This document shows, piece after piece, positions 7,910 through 16,017 of a DNA stretch of 24,000 nt. The stretch spans positions 82,089 to 106,088 of the forward strand of contig NZ_FNEA01000001.1 of assembly GCF_900100045.1 (NCBI RefSeq), read 5' to 3'. The DNA comes from Paracoccus denitrificans. Its GTDB lineage: Bacteria > Pseudomonadota > Alphaproteobacteria > Rhodobacterales > Rhodobacteraceae. Below the pieces are notes generated by a model. The model did not search any database and was not told the origin of the DNA. It saw only the letters and a list, made by a program, of their open reading frames with translations. How positions within the stretch are numbered: position 1 is the first letter of the stretch; each line of letters starts with the position of its first letter. The position numbers and the translations under genes are program-made.

Positions 7910-8733
7910 GGCGTTTCCCCTGTCGGTTCGATGATGAGCTCCAGCGTCACGCCGACGGGGTTTGCGCCCCGCGCCAGCGTGCCGCGCGCGATATGGCCGT
8001 GGATGTCCACGACCTCGATGGGGACATGCGCCGTGCCCCGGGCTAGCCGGGCGTCGGCAAAGCGCAGCTCGGTGGCCAGGCAATCCATGCGATGCCCCTC
8101 GGCAAAGCGGATATGGTCGATGCTGCCCACCGCATGCAGCCGCGCGTCCCGGATGCCGTGGCGGGCGGCAAGCGTTTCGATGGCCGCGACCACGTCCTCG
8201 CCCGGCAGGATGCGGGCGAAAAGGCCGGGACCGTCGCCGCCGCCCTGCGGGGTGAACAGCGTGAAGGCGGTTTCCTGATCGGGCAGCGCCTCGAACCATG
8301 TCTCCGCCGCGCCCAGCCCCTCGACCGCCACGTCCTCGGCGACGGTCGAGTCGAAGGGCAGCAGGTGGCCCATCGCCCTGTCGCGCCCATCCGACCAGAT
8401 GCCGTGGCAATGCAGGAAGGGCGCGCCGTCTTTCCAGCCGACCGTCGCGGTGGCGCTGTCGACGGTCCAGCGGCCCTCGGGCGCGTGGGTGTCGGAATAC
8501 CATGCCGCGTGCAGCCCGTCGGTCGAAAGCGCCGGCAGGACATAGCGCATCGGCTCGCAGCGCAGGCCGGCCAGCGAGACCACGCCGCCCTTGCAACCGT
8601 GATCCGCGAACAGCGCGCCCACCGCCTGCATGACCGTCTGCCCCGCGCGCAACCTGCCAGCGACGGGGCGCAGCAGCGCGGGCCGCGCCTGCATGCGGTC
8701 GGGTGCGCGCGGGCCCGGATGGATCATGTTCAT
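7906..8733 (-). CDS. Uncharacterised protein with two tandem PPC/DUF296-like domains, 275 aa
   Basis: This is the C-terminal 275 codons of track ORF 7906..10200. The start ATG 8733 overlaps the ligase TGA (ATGA). Two similar halves are visible: RLRAGQTVMQAVGALFADHG...APFLHCHGIWSDGRDRAMGHLL and RILPGEDVVAAIETLAARHGI...PIEVVDIHGHIARGTLA. They fit the PPC pattern RLxPGEDlxxxlxxfaxxhgI...FLHLHxxlsd..G...GGHL as I remember it. Confidence 0.7.
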   Translation of the reverse strand: MNMIHPGPRAPDRMQARPALLRPVAGRLRAGQTVMQAVGALFADHGCKGGVVSLAGLRCEPMRYVLPALSTDGLHAAWYSDTHAPEGRWTVDSATATVGWKDGAPFLHCHGIWSDGRDRAMGHLLPFDSTVAEDVAVEGLGAAETWFEALPDQETAFTLFTPQGGGDGPGLFARILPGEDVVAAIETLAARHGIRDARLHAVGSIDHIRFAEGHRMDCLATELRFADARLARGTAHVPIEVVDIHGHIARGTLARGANPVGVTLELIIEPTGETP

Positions 8734-10331
8734 GCCGGGGCCTGCTCCAGCAGGCCGCGCGCCTCCAGCTCTTCGCGGATCATCTTCTTGGTGATCTTGC
8801 CATAGGCCGATTTCGGCAGGCCGTCCCAGAACAGGAAGCGCTTGGGCAGCTTGTAGCGCGAAAGCTTGGGCGCGACGAACGCCGCCAGCTCCTCCTCGGT
8901 CACCGGCGCGCTTGCCACGCAGATCGCCCAGCCGACCTCGCCCCAAAGCGGATCGGGGACGCCCAGCACCGCGACCTCGGAAATGGCGGGATGGGTCAGG
9001 ATCTTTTCCTCGATCTCGCGCGGATAGACGTTCGAGCCGCCCGAGATGAACATGTCCGACTCGCGCCCGGTGATATACAGGAACCCCGCCTCGTCCATGT
9101 GGCCCAGGTCGCCGGTGCGGAACCAGCCGTCGCGAAAGGCTTTCGCATTGGCCTGCGGGTTCCGGTAGTAGCCGGCAAAGACGGCGGGGCCGATCACGCA
9201 GATCTCTCCGGTCTGGCCGGGCGGCAGTTCGCGGCCCTGATCGTCCTGGATCTGGATCTCGATCCCGGTGCGGGCATGGCCGCAGGTGCCGATGCGGGTG
9301 GTCGGGCCGTCCTCGGCATCGTGCAGATGCGCAGGCAGCACGGTGATGTTGCCGGTGCATTCGCCCAGGCCGAAATATTGCACAAGCACCTTGCCCAAGG
9401 TGCGCAGCGCCCTTTGCTGGTCCACCCGATACATCGGCGCGCCGGCATAGATCACATAGCGCAAGGACGAGGTGTCGGCGCCTGCCGTCGCGGGATGCTC
9501 GACCAGCAGCTTCAGGATCGTCGGCACGGTGAACATGGTGGACACCCGCCATTCCCGCACCAGATCCCAGACCTGCGCCACGTCGAAACGCTCGGTCGGC
9601 AGCAGCACCGTTTTCACCCCGCGCGCCACCTGCGTGAGCTGATGCACCCCCGCGCCATGCGACAAGGGCGCCACCACCAGCGAGGCATCCTCGCCCGTCA
9701 GGCCCGGCATCAGGTCCGCCAGGTGGTTCGTCACCACGAAGGCCATCTGGCCATGGGTCAGCACCGATGCCTTGGGCCGGCCCGTGGTGCCTGAGGTGAA
9801 GAAGAACCAGCAGGGATCGTCGCGATCCACCACCGCGACCTGCGGGCGGCTTCCCAGGTGTTCGGCGGTGATCGCCTGCACCGAGGGGCCGAAATCGGCC
9901 GCGCCGAAAGCCAGCGTCGTTACTCCGCAGGCTGCCGCATGGTCGGGAAAGGCGGCGTTGCACAGCATCAGCCGCGCGCCCGAGGCTTCGGTCAGCCAGG
10001 CCACTTCCTCGGGGGTCTGGCGAAAGTTCGCGGGCACCCAGATGCCGCCCGCGCGCCAGGTGGCGAACATGGCCTGCATCATCTCCATGCAGTTCTGCGA
10101 CTGGCACATCACCCGGTCGCCCTTTTGCAGCCCGAAGCGGGTTTGCAGCGCATGGGCCAGCGCGTCGGTGCGGGCCTCGAACTCGGCCCATGTCCAGCAC
10201 GCCTCGCCCATGACCAGCGCGATGCCGTCCGGGTCGCGCCGCGCGGCCTGGGTCAGGAAGGTGGCAAGGTTCATCACCCGGGTCGAGACCGGGATCACGC
10301 CGCCGGCCGGTTCGGTGGCGGGCTCGGTCAT
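8730..10331 (-). CDS. AMP-forming acyl-CoA synthetase/ligase (ANL superfamily), 533 aa
   Basis: FFFTSGTTGRPKAS (P-loop/A3), GYYRNP, FRTGDLG, ISGGSNVYPREIE, and the C-terminal catalytic Lys context YGKITKK. Start ATG 10331 overlaps the thiolase TGA (ATGA). Alternative starts are 10355 and 10274 (MNLATFL). Confidence 0.9.
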   Translation of the reverse strand: MTEPATEPAGGVIPVSTRVMNLATFLTQAARRDPDGIALVMGEACWTWAEFEARTDALAHALQTRFGLQKGDRVMCQSQNCMEMMQAMFATWRAGGIWVPANFRQTPEEVAWLTEASGARLMLCNAAFPDHAAACGVTTLAFGAADFGPSVQAITAEHLGSRPQVAVVDRDDPCWFFFTSGTTGRPKASVLTHGQMAFVVTNHLADLMPGLTGEDASLVVAPLSHGAGVHQLTQVARGVKTVLLPTERFDVAQVWDLVREWRVSTMFTVPTILKLLVEHPATAGADTSSLRYVIYAGAPMYRVDQQRALRTLGKVLVQYFGLGECTGNITVLPAHLHDAEDGPTTRIGTCGHARTGIEIQIQDDQGRELPPGQTGEICVIGPAVFAGYYRNPQANAKAFRDGWFRTGDLGHMDEAGFLYITGRESDMFISGGSNVYPREIEEKILTHPAISEVAVLGVPDPLWGEVGWAICVASAPVTEEELAAFVAPKLSRYKLPKRFLFWDGLPKSAYGKITKKMIREELEARGLLEQAPA

Positions 10332-11497
10332 TTCACGCGCTCCAGGATCGAGCAATAGCTGGCCACCGCCGCGCCGCCCATGTTGAAGACGCCGCCCAAT
10401 GTCGCGTCCTGCACCTGCATGGCCCCGGCATCGCCGGCCAGCTGCATGGCCACCATGACATGCTGCGACACGCCCGTGGCGCCGATGGGATGGCCGCGCG
10501 ACTTGAGCCCGCCCGAGGGGTTCACCGGCAGCGCGCCGTCGAACCGGGTCACGCCGTCGCGGATGGCGCGCCAGCCCTGGCCGCGCGGGGCAAGGCCCAT
10601 GGCCTCGTATTCGATCATCTCGGCGGTGGTGAAGCAGTCATGCGTTTCGACCAGCGACAGGTCCATGATGCCGAGCCCGGCCTGATCCAGCGCCGCAGCC
10701 CAGGCACGATGCGGCCCGTCGAAGGCGATGGGATCGCGCCGCGACAGCGCCAGAAGGTCGCCCGCCTGCGCACGGGCGCGGAAACGGATGGCGCGTTGCA
10801 GTTCCGCCGCCAGTTCGGGCGCGGCCAGAACCAGCGCCGCCGCCCCGTCCGAGACCAGCGAGCAATCCGTCCGCCGCAGCGGCCCGGCGACGCGCGGGTT
10901 CTTGTCCGAGATGGTGTTGCAGAACGCCAGGTCGAAGGGCTTCTGCATATGCGCATAGGGGTTGCGCATGCCGTTTTCGTGGTTCTTGGCGGCGATCATC
11001 GCCAGCTCCTCGGAGCGGTCGCCGTGGCGCTGGAAATAATTCTCGGTGATGCGGCCGAAAACGCCGGCGAACCCGCCGGGGATCTCGCCCTCCTCGGGGA
11101 CGTAGCTGGCGGACAGCAGGATGTCGCCGACCTGGTCGCCGGGCGTCGCGCTCATCTTTTCGGCGCCGATCACCAGCGCCACCTTACCGCGCCCCGAGGC
11201 GATGAAATCCGCTGCCGAATACAGCGCGGCCGAGCCGGTGGCGCAGGCGTTTTCGGTGCGCATGAAGGGCACGCCCGCCAGTTCCGGCGTGCCCATGGCG
11301 ACCAGCGCGCCCTGGAAATCCTGCCGTGAGAAACCGTTGTTGTAGACGCCGACGAAGATGCCGTCGACGGCATCGGCAGGCAGGCCCGCATGGTCCAGCG
11401 CGGGCCGTGCGACCTCGGCCATCAGGGCCAGCGTGTCGGGGGCCTCGGACTTGCCGAATTTCGTGTGTGCCCAGCCGACGATCAGCGGATCGGTCAT
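10328..11497 (-). CDS. SCP2-type (SCPx-like) thiolase family protein, 389 aa
   Basis: Nucleophile context ENACATGSAAL, GHPIGATG, and the HDCF motif (VETHDCFTTAEMIEYEAMG) that marks SCP2-type thiolases. The paaJ thiolase in this window has NEAF at the equivalent position. ATG 11497 overlaps the iclR TGA (ATGA). Confidence 0.9.
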   Translation of the reverse strand: MTDPLIVGWAHTKFGKSEAPDTLALMAEVARPALDHAGLPADAVDGIFVGVYNNGFSRQDFQGALVAMGTPELAGVPFMRTENACATGSAALYSAADFIASGRGKVALVIGAEKMSATPGDQVGDILLSASYVPEEGEIPGGFAGVFGRITENYFQRHGDRSEELAMIAAKNHENGMRNPYAHMQKPFDLAFCNTISDKNPRVAGPLRRTDCSLVSDGAAALVLAAPELAAELQRAIRFRARAQAGDLLALSRRDPIAFDGPHRAWAAALDQAGLGIMDLSLVETHDCFTTAEMIEYEAMGLAPRGQGWRAIRDGVTRFDGALPVNPSGGLKSRGHPIGATGVSQHVMVAMQLAGDAGAMQVQDATLGGVFNMGGAAVASYCSILERVK

Positions 11498-12333
11498 GCG
11501 ATGTTCCTTTTCGGTTGCGTCTCAAGTGCGGCAAGGCGGGTCGCGACCAGCTGCGCCTCGCGGTGCAGCAGGACGGCCAGTTCGGCGCGCCTCGCCTCGC
11601 CCATGCGGTTCTCGATGGCGGCGATGGACAGCGCGCCTGCCGGCCGGCCGTCGGGCCACAGGATCGCGACGCCCAGGCCCCAGGAACCCGGCACCACCCG
11701 GCCGGGGTTCAGCGCATGACCGGCCGCGCGTGCGTGCGCCAGATCCTCGGCCAGTGCCGGGGCAAGGCCGGGGGCCAGCGCCTCGGCCTGCGGCGCCGTC
11801 TGCCGCAGCAGGGCATCGGCCTCGGGCGCGGGCAGGGCGGCAAGGATCGCCAGGGCACCGGCGCCGACGCCCGCAGGCTTGCGGTCGCCGCGCATCAGCG
11901 CATGGGTGCGGATCGGAAAATCGCCCTCGATCCGCTCCAGGCACAGCGTATGGTCGCCCTGCGGCACGGTCAGCAGCAGGGCGTCGCCGGTCTCGCGCGC
12001 CAGCCGCAGCATGGATTCGCGTGCGTGGTGCAGGATGCCGTGGCGCTCGGCGGCGAATGTGCCCAGCAGATAAGCCTCGGGGCCCAGGTGATAGCGCCGG
12101 GTGCGGCGGTCCTGCTCGACCATGCGCGCCGCGGCCAGGGCCAGCAGCAGCCGCCGCACCGTGGGCCTTGTCAGCCCCGATGCGGCGGCCAGTTGTCCCA
12201 GTGCCAGCCCCTCGCCGCCGCCCCTGCCGACCAGCGACAGCAGTGACAGCGCCCGCGCAACCGCCTGCGCGCCGCCGCTGGCCGGTTCGGCAAGGGCGGG
12301 TTCGGCGGGTGCGGGGGCCGGCGTTTCCGTCAT
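11494..12333 (-). CDS. IclR-family transcriptional regulator, 279 aa
   Basis: N-terminal wHTH AVARALSLLSLV...LGQLAAASGLTRPTVRRLLLALAAARMVEQD. An IclR effector domain follows (RYHLGPEAYLLG...LLLTVPQGDHTLCLERIEG...GVGAGALAILA...GLGVAI...ALSIAAI). ATG 12333 shares one base with the dctP TGA (TGATG). Confidence 0.9.
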   Translation of the reverse strand: MTETPAPAPAEPALAEPASGGAQAVARALSLLSLVGRGGGEGLALGQLAAASGLTRPTVRRLLLALAAARMVEQDRRTRRYHLGPEAYLLGTFAAERHGILHHARESMLRLARETGDALLLTVPQGDHTLCLERIEGDFPIRTHALMRGDRKPAGVGAGALAILAALPAPEADALLRQTAPQAEALAPGLAPALAEDLAHARAAGHALNPGRVVPGSWGLGVAILWPDGRPAGALSIAAIENRMGEARRAELAVLLHREAQLVATRLAALETQPKRNIA

Positions 12334-13349
12334 CAGGCGAGCTTTCGTCCGATGGCGGCTTCCAGGATCTCCCATGCCTCGTCGCCATAGGTCTTTTTCC
12401 ACTCGGCATAGAAGCCGGCCTCGCGCAGCTTGTCCTCGAAGGGCTGCGGGTCCACGTCGTTGAAGACGAAGCCATGCTCTTCGAGGTCGCCGCGCAGGGT
12501 GGCGTTCAGCGCCATCACGTCCTCGCGCTGCCTGTCCGCGCCTTCGTTGAAGTGCTTGGCGACGACCTGCTGCGCATCCTCGGGCAGCGCGCCCCAGGCG
12601 CGGCGGTTGCCCAGCAGCCAGAACCCGTCCCACATGTGGTTGGTCATGGACAGGTATTTCTGCACCTCCCACAGCTTGGCCACCTTCATGATCGCCAGCG
12701 GGTTTTCCTGCCCGTCGACGATGCCGGTCTGCAGCGCGGTATAGACCTCGGCGAAGTTGATCGAGGCGGGCGCAGCGCCGAAGGCCGAGAAGAGCGAGGT
12801 CCAGAGCGGGCTGACCGGCACGCGGATCTTGAAGCCTTGCAGATCCTCGGGCGCCTGGATCGGCTTGGTCGAGGTTGTGGTCTGCCGAAAGCCGTTGTCC
12901 CAGATCTTGTCCATCACCACCAGGCCGGCATTCTCGATCTGGCCGCGGGCATAGGCGCCCAGCTCGCCGTCCATCGCCTTCCAGACCGTGTCGTAGTCGG
13001 GAAAGGCGAAGCCCACGCCGTTGATCGAGGCGTTCGGCACCAGCGTTGACAGGATCACCGGCGAAAGCTGGAAGAACTCGACCCCGCCCGAACGCAGCTG
13101 GCCCAGCACGTCGGTATCGGCGCCAAGCTGGTTCGAGGGGAATATCTGGATGTCCACCGCGCCCGAGGTTTCTTCCAGGATTGCCTTGACCGCCTCGGCC
13201 AGCCGGACGTTGCTGGGATGTTCGAGCGGCTGGTTGTTCGCGATCTTGTAGCTGAATTCGGCGGCGCGGGCGGCGCCCGGCCGGATGAAGGGCGCGGCCA
13301 GCGCCCCTGCGGCGGCACCCATCAGGACGCTGCGGCGGGTGATTGTCAT
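12333..13349 (-). CDS. TRAP transporter solute-binding protein (DctP family), 338 aa
   Basis: Signal peptide MTITRRSVLMGAAAGALAAPFIRPGAARA followed by DctP-like sequence (FSYKIANNQPLEHPSN...FKIRVPVSPLW...GIVDGQENP). Start ATG 13349 is preceded by GGAGGAGG. The track start 13382 adds 11 unlikely codons. Confidence 0.9.
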   Translation of the reverse strand: MTITRRSVLMGAAAGALAAPFIRPGAARAAEFSYKIANNQPLEHPSNVRLAEAVKAILEETSGAVDIQIFPSNQLGADTDVLGQLRSGGVEFFQLSPVILSTLVPNASINGVGFAFPDYDTVWKAMDGELGAYARGQIENAGLVVMDKIWDNGFRQTTTSTKPIQAPEDLQGFKIRVPVSPLWTSLFSAFGAAPASINFAEVYTALQTGIVDGQENPLAIMKVAKLWEVQKYLSMTNHMWDGFWLLGNRRAWGALPEDAQQVVAKHFNEGADRQREDVMALNATLRGDLEEHGFVFNDVDPQPFEDKLREAGFYAEWKKTYGDEAWEILEAAIGRKLA

Positions 13350-13378
13350 GTTTTCCTCCTCCCCGAAGGCTGTTGAAA

Positions 13379-15256
13379 TCAAAGCAAGGCGGTCGAGAAC
13401 CAGGGCACGGCGGCGATGACCAGCAGGCCGATCACCAGCGCCGCCAGATAGGGCCAGATCCGGCGCATCACCTGGTCGGCGGGCACATTGGCGATCTTGC
13501 AGGCGATGTAGAAGCCGATGCCGATGGGCGGCGCCATCACCCCGATGTTCATCGCCGTGACGATGACCATGGCATAATGGATGTCGTGGATGCCCAGGCC
13601 GCGCGCGATGGGGAACATGATCGGCGCCAGCAGGACGATGGCCGGCAGCCCCTCGAGCACGCAGCCCAGGATCAGGAAGATCAGGATGGAGGCCAGCATG
13701 AACACCACCCAGCCGCCCGGCAGACCGGTGACGACGGCCATCAGGTCGCGGGCGAAGCCCGATTGCGTCAGCGCCCAGGCCATCGCGGATGCGGCGCCCA
13801 GGATCAGCAGGATCGCGCCCGACATGGCGGCGGTTTCGACCAGCATGGTGCCCAGTCTGCGGATCGGGATGCCGCCGTAAAGCACGACGCCGATCGCGAA
13901 GGCATAGACCACGGCGATGGTCGAGACCTCGGTCGCGGTCGCCACGCCGCCGCCGACCAGGCTGCGGATCATGAAGGGCAGCACCAGCGCCGGCGCGGCG
14001 ATCACCGCCATCCTGCCGATCAGCGGCAAGGTGGCGCGGCTGACGCCCGACATGTCCTCGCCCCGCGCCTTCCAGCGCGCCAGCACCGCCAGCACGACCA
14101 GCAGCACCATGGCGATGACGAAGCCCGAGGTGAACAGCCCGGCAATGGATACGCCCGCGACCGAGCCCAGCACGATCAGCACGATCGAGGGCGGCACCGT
14201 ATCAGCCATCGCCGCGCCGGTGGCCAGCAGCGCCGTCATCTCGGGCGCGGAATGGCCGCGCCTGCGCATCTCGGGGAACAGCGCCGGGGCCACCGTCGCC
14301 ATGTCCGAGACCTTGGAGCCGGAAATCCCCGAAACCAGGAACATCGAGCCCAGGAGCACATAGCTCATCCCCGCCTTTACATGGCCCAGAAGCGAGGCGA
14401 GGAAATTGACGATGGCCTTGCCCATGCCGGTGGCGTCGAGGATGCAGCCCAGAAGCACGAAGACCGGCACCGACAGCAGGATCAGCGAGGACATGCCCTC
14501 GTCGATGCGGCCCATCATCACGAAGATCGGCGCATGGCTGGCGAAGGTCAGATAGGCCAGCGTCCCCAGCGCAAAGCAGAAGGCGATGGGGACGCCGATG
14601 CACAGAAGCACCGCCACCAGCAGGCCCAGCCAGATCGGCAGGTTCCAGTTGCCGATGGACAAGAGCGCCGGCCGCGCGAACCACAACAGCGCCACCGCCG
14701 CGGCCGTCACCGCCAGCGTCGCGGCGATGATGCGCCATTCGCGCGAGCGCAGGACCGAAAGCACCGCCAGCACCGACATCAGCCCGATCCCGGCGGGCAG
14801 AGCCGAGGCGCGGTACGACATCGGCAGCCCCAGCGCGGGCGACCTGACGAAGCTTTCCTCATAGGCGTATTCCACCGCGACCGGCAAAAGCCGCAGCAGC
14901 AGGACGCAGACCAGCACCTGGCCCGCCACCTCGGCCACCCGCGCCAGCCGCTCGGGCAGCAGCGGCAGGAACACGGTCAGGCGCATATGCTCGTGCCGGT
15001 CCACCGCCAGCGCCGCGCCCAGCATCGCCATCCAGATGAAGCTGATCGAGGCCACTTCGTCGCCCCAGATCAGCGGCTTGGCCAACACATAGCGGAAGAA
15101 CACATTGGCCAGCACGGTGACGATCATCACCACCAGAAGGCCGGCGGCCAGGATTTCGACCGGACGCATCCATCGCTCGGCGCGCTTGGGCTCGGCCAGC
15201 GCCTCGATACCGCCAAGGGCCAGCTCGCCCTCGGGCTGGGTGTCGGTCAATTGCAT
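13379..15256 (-). CDS. TRAP transporter fused small/large permease (DctQ-DctM fusion), 625 aa
   Basis: The N-terminal ~170 aa are DctQ-like (4 TM; FRYVLAKPLIWGDEVASISFIWMAMLGAALA). The rest is DctM-like polytopic permease. Start ATG 15256 (MQLTDTQ) is preceded by GGGAGGGA. The 85 upstream codons of the track ORF fall in the low-GC leader and look non-coding. Confidence 0.9.
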   Translation of the reverse strand: MQLTDTQPEGELALGGIEALAEPKRAERWMRPVEILAAGLLVVMIVTVLANVFFRYVLAKPLIWGDEVASISFIWMAMLGAALAVDRHEHMRLTVFLPLLPERLARVAEVAGQVLVCVLLLRLLPVAVEYAYEESFVRSPALGLPMSYRASALPAGIGLMSVLAVLSVLRSREWRIIAATLAVTAAAVALLWFARPALLSIGNWNLPIWLGLLVAVLLCIGVPIAFCFALGTLAYLTFASHAPIFVMMGRIDEGMSSLILLSVPVFVLLGCILDATGMGKAIVNFLASLLGHVKAGMSYVLLGSMFLVSGISGSKVSDMATVAPALFPEMRRRGHSAPEMTALLATGAAMADTVPPSIVLIVLGSVAGVSIAGLFTSGFVIAMVLLVVLAVLARWKARGEDMSGVSRATLPLIGRMAVIAAPALVLPFMIRSLVGGGVATATEVSTIAVVYAFAIGVVLYGGIPIRRLGTMLVETAAMSGAILLILGAASAMAWALTQSGFARDLMAVVTGLPGGWVVFMLASILIFLILGCVLEGLPAIVLLAPIMFPIARGLGIHDIHYAMVIVTAMNIGVMAPPIGIGFYIACKIANVPADQVMRRIWPYLAALVIGLLVIAAVPWFSTALL

Positions 15257-15301
15257 CTCATCCCTCCCATGGCGGCGGGCTCTCCCCTTCCCTCGCCATC
15301 G

Positions 15302-15316
15302 ATCCACAATGTGGAT
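15302..15316. promoter_or_regulatory. Perfect 15-bp palindrome ATCCACAATGTGGAT in the leader of the TRAP operon (candidate operator, possibly for the operon-encoded IclR)
   Basis: Read directly from the sequence, 46 nt upstream of the dctQM ATG. It lies inside the only markedly AT-richer stretch near this operon (about 15300-15450). That stretch also carries GAAATTTC and TTCCA-N5-TGGAA. Confidence 0.35.
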
Positions 15317-15540
15317 GTGGTGGCTGCCGCATTTCGGGAAATTTCTGGACGATTCGCGAAATAGTGCAAGAAGAAATTGCCACATGCCGTCGTTTCGGCC
15401 ATATCCCGCAATCATCTGCAGGGTATTTTTTCCATAAAGTGGAACATGAATGGCCGTGTTCGGGCGGCAATCGTTCCCCGAAGCTCGCGGATCAACTTGT
15501 TTTGCGGGCAAGGTCGCCTGTCAGCCTGCGGCCCAAGGCG

Positions 15541-16014
15541 TCACAGAAAGCCGATCCAGCGCCCCGCCAGCAGCACGGACAGCCAGATCGCCAGCGAAAG
15601 CGCCGCAAGAATGCGCGCGCCGGGGCCGGGGGTTCCGGTCTCGACCGCCCGGTGCCAGCCCTTGCCGGCATGTTGCAGGGCGACGATCACGAGGCCAAGG
15701 ATGATCAGGGCCAACTTCCAGCGAAAGGCGGCATTCGCGAGATAGTCGCGGGCCCCGACCGACCACAGGACCGGGCCGGTCGCAAGGGCGATGCCAAGCC
15801 CGACGCCCGCCGCACGCGACAGGAACGGCGCCAGGACATGCAGCGCGCCGCCGCGGACGATCCCGACAAGGCGCAGGTCCAGCGGAATGATCGCCCCCAG
15901 CAGCAGCGCGATTCCCAGGATATGCGTGGCGTTCAGCACCATGTAGAGGTGCCACGACCGCCGCAGCGCCGCCGCCAGGGCGGTGCCCTCGGCCCAGGCC
16001 GCGAAGTCCTGCAT
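15541..16014 (-). CDS. Integral membrane protein of unknown function (157 aa, about 4 TM, conserved-looking His residues)
   Basis: Hydrophobic segments: HLYMVLNATHILGIALLLGAII, LAPFLSRAAGVGLGIALATGPVLW, WKLALIILGLVIVALQHA, ILAALSLAIWLSVLLAGRWIGF. The ATG lies 3 nt after the upstream stop (TGAGCGATG). Confidence 0.7.
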   Translation of the reverse strand: MQDFAAWAEGTALAAALRRSWHLYMVLNATHILGIALLLGAIIPLDLRLVGIVRGGALHVLAPFLSRAAGVGLGIALATGPVLWSVGARDYLANAAFRWKLALIILGLVIVALQHAGKGWHRAVETGTPGPGARILAALSLAIWLSVLLAGRWIGFL

Positions 16015-16017
16015 CGC

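Noticed and set aside
13343-15364. ORF 13343..15364 (+, 673 aa), extremely rich in H, D, R, Q and G, antisense to dctQM
   Set aside because: It is the mirror image of a hydrophobic permease gene read on the opposite strand. It has no start context and no domain-like pattern.
15363-15382. Sigma-54-like element TGGCA-N-TTGCA on the minus strand (TGGCAATTTCTTCTTGCACT) upstream of the TRAP operon
   Set aside because: The GG-to-GC spacing is 14 nt rather than the canonical 12. No enhancer-binding-protein gene is nearby. It is probably a chance resemblance in AT-rich DNA.
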